Origin: Azolla caroliniana
Lineage: Eukaryota > Plantae > Polypodiophyta
Assembly: GCA_043228905.1 (NCBI GenBank)
Contig: JBHGNT010000234.1
Span: 1 to 47,033, forward strand
DNA: 47,033 bases
Direction: 5' to 3'
Shown here piece after piece: positions 12,227-23,749 of the stretch. The notes beneath the pieces were generated by a model, which saw nothing but the letters and a program-made list of their open reading frames with translations, was not told the origin of the DNA and made no database searches. The translations under genes were made by a program, and so were the position numbers. Every line of letters begins with the position of its first letter. The stretch's first letter is position 1.

Positions 12227-14456
12227 TTAAAAATCCGACTCATAAGATGACATATCATGCTCACATGAGTTAATTCGTAATTCTTCTTTATTTCTATCAT
12301 GCTCTTGCCTAATAGTAAGAAATTGAACACTTTGTTTACCATCGGTACTTCGAATCCTAGCATATGTCGAACCATCTTCAAGCACCTTCGTCTCCATCCT
12401 AGAAGATGTGATGTATGGTTGACCAAGAATCACTGGGTATGACGAGGTCTTTTGGATAAAGAAATGTTGCTCCATTAGCACATCTCCAATGGTGACTTTG
12501 ATGTTTGGGCAAGCTCCATGAAGTTGCTCGGTCGTTGAATTAGCCGACTTTACCCCTCCACCCATGATTCGTTTCCATTGGCCATTTGCCTTTCCTATAA
12601 ATATCATAAGAAATTAGATTAATTTCTTAGCCATGGTCAATTAAGGCCACGATCGGATCTTCAAGGTTTTCAATCTTCACAGGTGTCTCGGTTGTTGCTC
12701 TTGCCCAATGTTTCTTAGCATAGTAGCTTTTTAGCCCTTTCAGCTTCTCTTCAAAAGTTGTCGGTGCAATAGCTTGTGTACCAACAATGGAAGAGCTTGG
12801 TTCACCTTTGAGGACTTCCACCGTTGCTTTCTTTACTTCACTTCCTGAGTTTTCAACGGCTTCAATACTTTGTCATTTTCTTTTAATTCCATCTATTATT
12901 GCATCATGAAATTCTTTTTTCACTATGCCCAAAAGTTCCCTCAAGGAAAGTTCCACTTTGCTATCTAAAATTCTTTCTTCCAATACTTTTTTTAAATCAG
13001 TTGAAGATTCAATATCAGATAATAATTTGAACGAGGGACTCTTCTTATCCTTACCTTTTTCAATGTCAGGGCTTACCATTTTTGGACTTTCTGTCTCCCT
13101 CTTTTTAGCGCTTCTTAGCTCCCTCTTCTTGTTATCTTCATTTTCCGCCCATTTCCGTTTCTCTTCCATGATCACTTCATGGGCTTGGGTTGTTGCAACC
13201 TTTGCAAAAGCTGAGAGGCCATCCACTGGGTCTTCCCAACCAGTTTTGCTTCGGAGAGCATCACCTCCAGACTTCAACTTTTCAAATTCAGTTTTACCCT
13301 TTCTTGCAGCTTTCAAAATACACGGCCAAAATTTAGATTCAGATCCTCCTTCACCAACATGGATGATTGTAGTTGTTGGTTGATAGACAACTTGTGTCCT
13401 AGTAATTTCGGCGTCTTCGATGATCCTTCTCATACCACCTCTTCTAAAGTTAGTTTGGAGAGGTAATCGAGTTTCAGAAGAATGAATCTTACCATCTTTG
13501 AAGAATAGTACCCCTCTTTCTATCGCTTCTTGATAGTTATCACAGACTCCTCTTGAATGGTCGACGCTATCACACCATATGCATCTCCTTTCATAATCTT
13601 TTTGGGGTTGTGAGAATTTTTCTTCTTGTAGCTTTGCAACATGTAATGAAAGATCTTTTATACCTTTGATAAGATCGTCCATCACTGTTTCGGGTACCTT
13701 GGAAATAGTTGACGGACTCACAATATCCTCCCTGATGGTTGTCTTCACTTCATCTTTCATACCTCCGGCAATCAAAAGATCCTCACACCATTGGGCTCTT
13801 TTGCTTATTCTATTGCAAGCTTCATGTACTCGATTCCAATCAGACACTAGTCTAGTGGGTGTAGTCCGGTCTTCAAGGAATGCAACTAATTTTTCTCGAT
13901 AGGATCAATCTGATGCCTTCAAGAATAATATGACCTTCTCTTGTTCCAAAAGATTCCTTTCAGTCGTCGTTAATTGATTATAACGAGCTTCAAACTCTTT
14001 CAACAACTCCATCACCGAAGTCTTCTTGTCCTCTTTGTCCACCCAATCCAAGAAACTCCTCCTTGATGCTCAGATTGTATCACCAAGCATGTATTCATTT
14101 AATAAAGCTTGCTCAAATGCAACCCAATCATTAGAACTTGTTGTGAGTTCAGAAACTCTATTTCTCAAAGGAAGTTCAACCATCCTCACAAAATTCATTT
14201 GAACATCATGTTGATTTAATCCTTTACTACCCATCTCAGTAACATATACTTGTAAGAATTTAGTTATATTTTTACCTTCAAAGAGACCTATTTTCTCTAC
14301 AAGCTTGTCAATAACATGATCGATTCGTTGAAGAGCAGTTGCACATTCTTGGCTTTGCATCATTCTTTCAATCATTTGAAGCACCACGTTGATTTGTGGC
14401 TCCACAACGACTTATTGGTTGATTCATGGCTCCGAGACTACTTGTTGGTTCTCCAT
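12227..14456 (-). pseudogene. Ty3/gypsy gag and aspartic protease, fragmented
   Basis: Starts MENQQ at 14456; FEGKNITKFL; Zn knuckle CIWCDSVDHSRGVC; ALIDHG protease motif; YPVILGQPY. Confidence 0.85.
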
Positions 14457-14492
14457 CTCTCTTAAGTTCCCGTTTCACATCGGGTTCACCAC

Positions 14493-15066
14493 TGTTGCGT
14501 TGATCTCGGCGTATGAGAGAAAACGAAAAGAAAATCGCGTATCTGGGAAGTAAGCACCGGGCTTCTTGTCAAAGAAAGGGGAGAAACAAAACTAACTTGT
14601 ATTGATATCTGAAGATGATTACAAAATATTTCTTGTACAATAATATAGCTTGTCCCTCCTATTACAATAATATTCCTCATCTCCTGGTCTCCCCTTCACT
14701 CTTTTCCCTTTCCCTCTTTAAATAGGTGCCCCCATGCATATGATGCATGTGAGGGTAGAAGATATGCATGTAGTGCATAAGTACAAACATTGAAATATAG
14801 TTTTAAAAGAACAAATGTCCTAGCCTAATGGTATGTTCCTTGTGTTTGGTATGTGAGGTCGTGGTTTCCAGTCTCTCGAATGTTATTCAATACAATATTT
14901 TAGTTTATTTTTCTATCATGAAGCAAATCCTTCACGACACCTAAACCCCCACACACTCCTATTCATCGAGGCCTCGCACTTTATATAACCTTTTACAAAC
15001 ATTTGAATAAGCTCATATAAATTGGTAGAGGTTCTTTTCTCATCGTGGCATGGAAATGTCACGACA
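14493..15066 (-). repeat. 5' LTR of Phygy-like element (574 bp)
   Basis: TGTTGCG...CACGACA, adjacent to the PBS. Confidence 0.9.
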
Positions 15067-15070
15067 ACGC

Positions 15071-17468
15071 TCTTCATCCGGAAATCTTCAGGGGGGGCTC
15101 CTTTCTCTCAAGGGGTATCTTCGGCCTCCATTCAGCATGGTCGGTTCTTCTTCGACTTCTTCGGTTGAATCAAATTCGGTTCCTCATTCGGCCGGTTCCC
15201 CTTGTTCTTTAGTCAGTTCTCAATTTTGCCGAGTATTAAATCGGTCGGCTAGCTCGGATTTGATTTCGATCGAATCGACTTCTACTCGATTTGGCCGAGC
15301 GTTGACTCGGCTCAATTTGGTAGTTGGAGACTTGTTCTCAATCTCCCAATCGACAATCGTCTTCTCTTCCATGAAGACGATGTCTTAGCTCTTAATCACC
15401 TTCTTCTCGGGTAAGTTCCATAGCCGATAGCCAAATTCATCATCGTTGTAGCCGAGAAATATACGTGGCCGAGATTTCAGATCCAACTTCCCCCTCTGAT
15501 CCTTTGCAACATGCACATAGGCAAGACAACTGAACACCCTTAGATGTCGGTAGGAGACATCTTTGCCACTCCACATCCTTTGTGGAATATCACCGTCCAA
15601 GGGTATTGAGGGTGATCGGTTTATCACATACGTTGTCGTCATCAACGCCATAGCCCAGAATGTCTTCGGTAACTTTGCATGTGCAAGCATAATTTGAACC
15701 CTCTCCATTACGATCCGGTTCTTTCTCTCGGCCAGCTCGTTTAGCTCTGGCATCTTCGGCATGGTATACTCGAGCCGGATTCCTTGATTTCAGCAATATT
15801 CCTAGAACGGTCCGCGGTACTCTTCGCCATTGTCCGCTCGGACTACCTTCAGTTTTCGATTGGTTTCTCTCTTGGCCCTCGCTTGGAACTCTTTGAAGAC
15901 GGATAACACTTGATCCTTCATCCTCAGCACGGAAGCCCACAACTTCCGACCACAGTCATCAATGAAGGTCACGAAATACTATGAACCACCATGTGACTTC
16001 GTATCGACATAACATACGTCTGTATGCACGAGTTTTAACGGCATTTTCTTCCTCATTGGGGGCCTTGCTCGGAAGGATGTTCGATTCGGCTTGCCAACCA
16101 AGCAATCTATGCACTTCTCAAGCTGCACATTCTTCACCTCCAGAATGAGGTTGTCCTCGGCAAGCTTTCGCATCCCCTTCTGGCTCATATGGCACAACCT
16201 CCTGTGCCATAGTTCACTGACTGTGTCAACTACCACGTTTTCTTCCCCTCGACATATTCGAGCATTCATTATGTACAATGTGCTGGTTTTCCAGGCTCGA
16301 GCCACGATCGGGCTCCCCTTGTAGAACTTCATGACATCGCTCCGGATGCTACCCATGTAGCCTTCATCATCCAACCAACCGGCTGATATCAAGTTCAATC
16401 GAACTTCCGGAACCTGCCGAACATCTCTCAGCACTAGTCTGCACCCGGTCGATGTCATAAGACACACATCTCCTATGCCGACGATTCGGCATGCTCCCTC
16501 ATTTCCCATTTTTACAAGATCATCGTCTCCGACCATGTATGATGAGGAGCACTTTTGGTCGAGGGTAAGGTGAAACGACGCACCCAAATCGACCACCCAT
16601 GTCAATTCTTTGCCGGCGAGGTTGACATCATTTTGTTCACTGATGAACAACAAATCCTCTTCACTCACGATGATTGCTGAGGTGTTCTTTCTGTCTAGTG
16701 TTTTCTTGGGCTCTACACCATTAGCTCCCTCTTTCTCCTTTCAAAAGTGTTGACAATTCTTTTTGAAATGCCCCGGGTTCCCACAATAGAAGCACATGGG
16801 CCTTCCCCTCAACTTCGACCTCGTCCCCGACTTATCTCGATTCTGGGGGCTTCAATTTCGGCCTCGTCCTCGAATCGTGTCACCGAGGGCCTTCGAGTCG
16901 GTATTGGACTCTCGATCCTTCAGACGACCTTCCTCATTCAACAAGCTCGACTTCACCTGCTATAGGGATAAGTGTTTCCCTTCTGGCCCGACGTTGCCCA
17001 ATGTGACAACTAGCGCCTCCCAGCTGTCTGGAAGGAATCCCAGCAACAACAGTACTAATACCTCGTCAGCAAGAGGTACTTCTAGAGAGGTGGTTTGGTT
17101 CATTAGTCCTTGGAAGGCATTGATGTGCTTTGCCATACTGGAGTCATCTTGATACCGGAGTCTCACAATTTTTCAGAATACTGAGACTTGATTCACGATG
17201 TTCTTATTCTCAAAGATTACACAGGACATTCACTTCTGTTTCTTCGCCGAAGTTGTTGTATAGACTCATGTCTATAAAACACTTATATATGCGGCCGCCT
17301 TCAAATGCAACACTTCCCAAGTTGCTGCATCGATCTTGTCTGGGCTTTTATCTACGAACTGCACCGGTAGCCAGAGGTCTTTGGACACAAGCATGTCTCT
17401 CATCTTCGACTTTGACACTGAGTGTTGGAGACGAGTAACTTGAACATGTCGTCAAACGAGTCTTCTAT
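15071..17468 (-). pseudogene. copia gag, protease, GAG-pre-integrase and integrase (fragmented)
   Basis: KHINAFQGLMNQ..LPDSWE, WVVDLGASFH, LWHRRLCHMS, LVHTDVC, AERKNR, FLGYNDDEFGYRLW. Confidence 0.9.
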
Positions 17469-17484
17469 CGTTTTGATACCACTT

Positions 17485-18002
17485 TGTTAAGAATCGACCG
17501 GGTGCAAAAGAAACAAGCAGGATAATGCACAGACAGAAAACGAGAGGGTAGAGAATGAGAAACAGAGACACAATGTTTAATGTGGAAAACCCAAAAGGGA
17601 AAAACCACAGGAATCCTCGAACTCTGAACTAGATCACTAATGATGAGGAGTACAATAAGATACTCAAAGGCAACAACCTCTAGATCTTCTTCGTCTAACA
17701 GGTGGCGACGGAGTTACAACTCTCACTCTCACTCTCTATGACTCACAGTTACAGAGGCAACAACTTCTCTAATTATACAACAATAATGATCAACTACGTA
17801 TATTTTAAAGTTTGCCCTAGTTGTTTATATACTAAAACAACTTTCTGGCTATTTACAAGTATAGCCCACAAGGGCACATTTCGACTATTTACAAATATTG
17901 TCTCCTAAGTTGGCTATATCCTCGATTTTGGTTTCGGCCTCGGCCGAATTACTCATAAGCTCAGCTCTTCTCTTCCCATCTGGAGGGACCTATTTCCCAA
18001 CA
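17485..18002 (-). repeat. 5' LTR of copia element
   Basis: Follows the PBS, ends in CA and is followed by TSD AATAT. Confidence 0.92.
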
Positions 18003-19314
18003 AATATTTTGGGCCAACCATCCCATTTTGTATATGGTGGATTCTGTGTAATACAAATTTGTATCGATATCATAATTCTTGGCAACCAATCATCCAGGTG
18101 TATTTTGAAATCATGAGATGAAAATGAAGTGTGTGATCAATATGGTGTCTAAGTGTATATATGGTGTGAAAGTATATGTTGAAATCATGACTAAGGAAGC
18201 TATTCAATGGCTCAAGCAAGGGTTAGGATCCTTTAATGGGGGTTGTTGTTAAGGATTGTTTGCAACAAATGGCAGATCTTAGGAAAAAGGTGTATGGTTA
18301 ATTGCGACGAAATGAACCAACAAGGTAGGCATAGGATCCATAAGTCGGAAGTAACAAATTAGTGTGAAAAGAGGAGTGACTCTTGACATTTCACAAGAAC
18401 TTATTAGCAACTCCCCAAACACTTCCATAATCCCACTCCATAAGACTACAACGAGGCGCAAGTCTGGTTAGGAGGTAGCTGCCAATATGTGAGACTGAGA
18501 AGGTTCGGTGTTTACATTGCAATGGCTTGACCTTGACTTCAAGGGACTCGAATGTTGATTGCTGCAAAAATTGTGAATGTATTTTGCTATCCTCCCAACA
18601 TGAGCCATGATCTATGCTTGTATGGATTCAAATTACATTTCTAAGATTTTAATATTTGATTTTGGAGGTTTTTGGTCTCGGAAATTTGAAGTGATATTTG
18701 AAATTTTTTGTGGCTGGAAATGTGTGTAATGTGAAGTTTCTAGTATATTCAAAACACATTGTTGATTTTTTTTGTGGTTAAAATTTTTATGTTGAGATGA
18801 AATCTGAGACGGAATAGTGTTTGGAATGATCTCTAACTTATTGTTTTACATAGAGAAGAAGAAATGCATGCGTTTTAATTATAATGTCGGAAGTTTTATA
18901 CATTTAAAACTTAGAGATTTTGACATTAGGTTTTGTTTTTAGACTTAGAAGTTTTTGATGTCAGGCTTTGAGTCACGCTACTACGATGACTCAGTTGGGC
19001 TATTGTTTTGAGTCATGCTAAACTACCATGAGTCGGTCGGGCTACTGGTGATAGAGGCTCTTAGAGTCGTCGGGCTACTGGTGATAGAAAGAAAGAAAGA
19101 AAGAAAGAAAGATATATTAACGTCTTCTAAGGCCAAAATTGGCCCATGAGACAAATGGTGTACAACAAAAATGGGATATTTACCCATTCATCGAAAGTAA
19201 AAATAAAAATAAGATAAAATAGAGTTTAAGCTAAATAGTTCTAAGAAAACAACAAACATGTTCGATATAAAAAACATGTTCTACAATGAGAATGATTCTA
19301 TACTAGGCCTAATT

Positions 19315-22300
19315 TCATTTCCATCCAAGTCTCTCGAAGAGAAGCGGGGGGTCAAAGGGTTGCCATGTGGATGTGGCCCGTGGGCCCCATGTAAGAGGTA
19401 CCCCAACCATAGCTTCGAGTCGACGTAGCTCACGTTCCCTTATCTTCTTAATCTTTTCTACTCCACGTTGACTTGTGTTGAAGCCCAACATCCGAGGACG
19501 TTTGGTTGCTCTTTGTATTTCTGCTTCCTCAAGGGAGAGGCCGAGCGGCATAAGTGTATCCACATTCATCGTCTCCCCATGTTCCTGAAAAATTACACTA
19601 GGTACATGTTGATGAGTAGTAAAAGGGTTATGATTAACACTTTGTAATTTATCCTCCCTATGTTGTTTTAGCTCTAAGATATACCTACCTAGTCTCTTTA
19701 CACTCGGGGTATCTAATAGTTTGGAGAGGGTGGGAGAGGGTCCTAGTATGTCTTGGTATTCCGCCCGTATCTCGGCATAAGTTGGGCACTTGCATGTGAA
19801 GTGATACTCATCCTCTATCTCTATGTGGCATAACCTACATAGCCTTTCCTCTCTAGGGACTCTATTAGCTCGACCATTCTCAATCTCAAGTTGGTGAGAT
19901 GATATCCTAAGTTGTCCAATGGCCACCCTTAGTGCATTTGATAAGAAAGTGTCTAGGTATCTTGGTCGTGTAATAAACCCTAACTTAGAGAAGTGCAAGA
20001 AGTGTTCCTTATAGTACACCATTTTAGATGGGAGTGGCTCTCGTGGGGTGATCCATTTGTATCGAGTGTAGATTTGCCATATTTCTTGGCGTATCACTTT
20101 ATTACGATCTTCACGAGAGATTAAAGTTTGATCAGTCCCATGGTTGTACTTAAGGGGAGGTAGGTTATTAATGTCTATGCCATTTGCAAATAACCAACTC
20201 ACCACAATGCTATACCAAGAGTTAGTGTCTCCAGACACATGTAAGGATCGGGATGCCTCAAAGGCTCGACGGGATATCCTATCTTGTGGTTGACTATGTA
20301 TCCGATGAATAAAAGCTACCACTTGAAAGAGTGCTTCTACTAACATCGGGGGTAGGCTAAACTCCGCTCTAATAATGTCATGTGGTACTGTCGATTTGCT
20401 TCGGAGTTGACGTGATAACATCACCACTAAAGGTCTCTCCAATTGCGTCCACATGAAAGATGGTAGACCTGGAGCCCATACTACTGATGCATACATGAGG
20501 GACGGGGTCACTAATGAGTCAAAAAGCCATCCCTTAGTCCGTGGCTCTTGAAAGTATGCTTGGTGGCATTGTCTCTCTAAGAGTGAGAGGGATGCATATC
20601 CTCTCGTTAGCCTATCTTTGGCTGCCTGGGTCATCGAGAATTTACCTGAGCGAGCACTAAAAGTGACTCCCAAGTATACATAAGATCCCACCACCTCAAC
20701 TAGTTTATGAGAGAGGATGAGGTGACATTTACTCCTAACTCTGGACGATGTATGAAAGATAAGGACTTTAGTTTTCGCTAGATTCACTACCAGTCCTCGT
20801 TGTGTACAAAAGTCATCTAGGGCATTAAGATGCTTTTGTAGGTCGTGTTCCGACTCCGAGAGCAAGACAATGTCGTCTGCGTAGAGTAAGAGACTAACTT
20901 GCGTATCCCCAATAGCCACTCCTTTGCCTCCCTTACGAGCAATAAAATCAGTGATCTCATCAATGTAGATCCCAAAAAGAGTCGGTGATAGGGGGCAACC
21001 CTGTTTTACACCAATGGTGCTAGTGAAACAATCGGATAGGCCACCTGGGCATCTTACGCGCCCACAGACTTGCTCATATAGGGCATAAATGGCCCAAATC
21101 ATGTCATTTGGTATCTCCAAGCTCTTAAGTCTATCAAACAACCTCTCCCTAGGAACTGTATCAAAGGCTTTGCGAAAGTCCACAAAGCAACAATATAGTT
21201 TCTTCTTACGAGCCTTTGTTTGGTCAATTAAGCACCTAAGTGTGAAGATGTGGTCAATAGTGGAGAAGGCTCGTCTAAAGCCAGCCTGCTCAGGTGCTCG
21301 AAGACTTAATGTTTCCATATAATCACTGAGCTCCGCTTCCATTACTGCACCATATAGTTTAGCAAGCGTATGACCTATCATAATGGTCCTATATGTATTT
21401 GGGTCCATTGGGTCCCCTCCTTTATGTATAGGGGCCACAGTGTTCATGGCCCATTGTGGTGGAAAACCCTCGGCGAGGGCGCGGTTGAAGATTAGAGTGA
21501 GAAGGGGAGCTAGGCACTCTCGAGCATATATGATGTGCTCGGCTCGCAATCCTGTGTGGTCCATGGATTTCCTATGTTGTAATTTTTTTATGACCTTCGT
21601 GACCCTAGAGGTCGTGAAAAGTGTCCCCATGGTAGGTCGAGGTGTGGAGGGCATTGGAATGGGTGGTTGGTTCAGGACATGGTAGAGTCTCTCGGTATAT
21701 GTGTGCCAAATATTGGGATCCTCGATGGGTGTTTGTGGTCTCGGTTCCCGTAGTCTTTTCCATGCAAGGGCACAATCCCTACTCATGAGCATATGGTAGA
21801 GTTCCCAATATTGAGATGCTTCCCAAGCTCGTCTTTTACGACGTGTCATCTTGCGCATCTCTTTGCGAGCCTGTACTAAGGAGATAGTACCACTGAGTCG
21901 CGATACTTTAAGTTGTCTATACAACTCTCTACAATCCTCGTCATACCACTTGTTTTGTGGCATAGACCCTATTCTACTATGATTGGAGTCTTTCGTGTAT
22001 GGGAAGCTACTAGTGGCGGCTGAGTGAAGGATGTGTGTGAGTTCTGTAGTGAGGTTCTCTAAAGGCAAGGAAGAATCAAACGAGGAAAGATGGGCTTGAA
22101 CATGTCGAGAGTAGATGTCCGCGAGCTCATGCGTGAAATGTATTATAGTGTGATGGGTTGGTTTACTAGAGTTGGTGGTGTGGGAGGTGTCACTTTTTAG
22201 CTCAAAGTATAGGAAGGTATGGTCTGCCCCAATGGGGCATGGGGCCACCCGGAAGGAGCTAACCATGTGGGTAGCTTCAGGGCGTCCTATTAGATAATCA

Positions 22301-23061
22301 ACGGTGCTTTCCCCTCCTCCATGTGGGAAACATGTGAGCTCTTCCGAGCCCGGCCACTTGGCTAAGCCATTATATATGATCATCTGGTGTCGGCTTCCAA
22401 GTTCAAGCAGATGATGACCAAAGCTTGTGGCATCCGCACCTTGATCCTTCGATGTACGTGTTATGCCTAAGGCTAAAGGGTCGACATTCACCATTTCTAG
22501 GTTTCTATCCATCTGAAATATTGTGCATTGTCGGGACTGGGTTCTCGCATTGAAATCTCCTACCAGGAAGACTTCCCCTTGAGAAGAATATCGGATTATG
22601 TCATCCGACAAAGGTTCGTATGGAGAAGGCCCATGTGGCGTTCCTTCATCAACTATACTCGCCTCTCCAGCCATATTGTAGCGGGACCCTTTCGGGGGGA
22701 AGTAACAAACTGCGATAAATATCACCTGATCCTTACTAGTGAGGACTTTCACCCACATAAAACGGGCTTCTGGGTCTGACTTTAGTATTTCTATCCTATT
22801 ATTTATCTCTTTCCGAAATAATATCGCAACCCCCCCAGACCCTCTAGTAGTAGTGTGTCGACGTGAGGTTTGCCTAAAGACAGATTCCCAACGAAAACCG
22901 TCAACTCGTGGCAGTCCTCGATTTGGGCTTTGATGTGTTTCTACTGCAAAAAGTATATCAGATACTTTCACAATCTCCTCTAGACGGCCAGGATGTGTCC
23001 AAAGTGCGCCGTTACAGTTCCATAAAGTGATCCTAAGTTTATTATCTGTCACATGGGCCAC
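19315..23061 (-). CDS. LINE ORF2: apurinic endonuclease, reverse transcriptase and C-terminal Cys/His motif, intact 1248 codons, non-AUG start
   Basis: TLWNCNG, VETH, VGDFNAR, STVDY, GADH (APE); QAGFR, DFRKAFDTV, GVKQGCPLSP, LYADD, YLGV (RT); RISSHQLEIENGR..LCRLC..EDEYHFTCKC. Confidence 0.95.
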   Translation of the reverse strand: MAHVTDNKLRITLWNCNGALWTHPGRLEEIVKVSDILFAVETHQSPNRGLPRVDGFRWESVFRQTSRRHTTTRGSGGVAILFRKEINNRIEILKSDPEARFMWVKVLTSKDQVIFIAVCYFPPKGSRYNMAGEASIVDEGTPHGPSPYEPLSDDIIRYSSQGEVFLVGDFNARTQSRQCTIFQMDRNLEMVNVDPLALGITRTSKDQGADATSFGHHLLELGSRHQMIIYNGLAKWPGSEELTCFPHGGGESTVDYLIGRPEATHMVSSFRVAPCPIGADHTFLYFELKSDTSHTTNSSKPTHHTIIHFTHELADIYSRHVQAHLSSFDSSLPLENLTTELTHILHSAATSSFPYTKDSNHSRIGSMPQNKWYDEDCRELYRQLKVSRLSGTISLVQARKEMRKMTRRKRRAWEASQYWELYHMLMSRDCALAWKRLREPRPQTPIEDPNIWHTYTERLYHVLNQPPIPMPSTPRPTMGTLFTTSRVTKVIKKLQHRKSMDHTGLRAEHIIYARECLAPLLTLIFNRALAEGFPPQWAMNTVAPIHKGGDPMDPNTYRTIMIGHTLAKLYGAVMEAELSDYMETLSLRAPEQAGFRRAFSTIDHIFTLRCLIDQTKARKKKLYCCFVDFRKAFDTVPRERLFDRLKSLEIPNDMIWAIYALYEQVCGRVRCPGGLSDCFTSTIGVKQGCPLSPTLFGIYIDEITDFIARKGGKGVAIGDTQVSLLLYADDIVLLSESEHDLQKHLNALDDFCTQRGLVVNLAKTKVLIFHTSSRVRSKCHLILSHKLVEVVGSYVYLGVTFSARSGKFSMTQAAKDRLTRGYASLSLLERQCHQAYFQEPRTKGWLFDSLVTPSLMYASVVWAPGLPSFMWTQLERPLVVMLSRQLRSKSTVPHDIIRAEFSLPPMLVEALFQVVAFIHRIHSQPQDRISRRAFEASRSLHVSGDTNSWYSIVVSWLFANGIDINNLPPLKYNHGTDQTLISREDRNKVIRQEIWQIYTRYKWITPREPLPSKMVYYKEHFLHFSKLGFITRPRYLDTFLSNALRVAIGQLRISSHQLEIENGRANRVPREERLCRLCHIEIEDEYHFTCKCPTYAEIRAEYQDILGPSPTLSKLLDTPSVKRLGRYILELKQHREDKLQSVNHNPFTTHQHVPSVIFQEHGETMNVDTLMPLGLSLEEAEIQRATKRPRMLGFNTSQRGVEKIKKIRERELRRLEAMVGVPLTWGPRATSTWQPFDPPLLFERLGWK

Positions 23062-23067
23062 ACGCCG

Positions 23068-23710
23068 TCAATTGGCGGCACGATCATTTATTATGACACG
23101 TCCGTCCCGGTAGAAAGCACGATGCCCCTCTTTACGAGCTTGTATGACTCGCGGCATACAAGTTTTACGATGCTCAATTTGCATCTTGGTCAAGTCTTCA
23201 TCGAGGTAGATAGGCTCCCCGCCCAAGCCTCGAAGAATTGGTCTCTTTTTGAAAAAGGCGATTCTAGATTCTGAGTCCTTAAACTGAAGGACTAAAGCTC
23301 TTTTCCTAGTTGTGTCACGCCCTACCCTCCAGGTTTTAGTGATTGGTAGGGCTTCGTACCCTAACATTTTCCCTAATGTTTGTGCATCTTCATCCGGAGA
23401 TGCCCCTTCCTTGAGCCCAGTAACTCGTACATTTAGGCGTCGAGCTTGACGCATTTTTTCTTCCTCGAGGGTAGTGTTTACAATGTTTTCATCCTTTAGT
23501 TCTTTTTTAATATTACGTTTTACTACATCAACCCACCCAGTTTTAGCTAATTCCATATCACTTTTAACCTCTTCTTTAACCTTTTTTATCTCGTCCTTAA
23601 TATCCTCTAGGGAAGATATTTCACCATCTTCCCTAGATATCTCGAGGTCCTTAACTTGTTTTCGGAGGTTCACATTGTCTACCTTAAGTTTCGCTATTTC
23701 CGCAAAAAGT

Positions 23711-23749
<39 letters not shown>

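Larger units (their letters stand above)
8007..15066 (-). mobile_element. Full-length decayed non-chromovirus Ty3/gypsy (Phygy-like) nested in the copia pol
   Basis: LTRs 8007-8732 and 14493-15066; TSD ACGT/ACGC (8003-8006 / 15067-15070); removing it restores the copia frame RFPDEERVLLTDEGEP. PBS 14474-14491 matches the tRNA-Trp 3' end; PPT next to 8733. Order gag-PR-RT-RH-INT; no chromodomain seen. Confidence 0.92.
5855..18002 (-). mobile_element. Full-length decayed Ty1/copia (Tork/Tnt1-like) carrying a nested gypsy
   Basis: LTRs 5855-6402 and 17485-18002 (TGTTAAG...CCCAACA); 5-bp TSD AATAT (5850-5854 / 18003-18007). PBS TGGTATCAAAA (17481-17471); PPT AAGGGGGAG (~6413-6405). Domain order gag-PR-INT-RT-RH. 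Confidence 0.95.

Noticed and set aside
18100-18600. Possible decayed transposase coding remnant
   Set aside because: No diagnostic motif could be read; needs a translated homology search.
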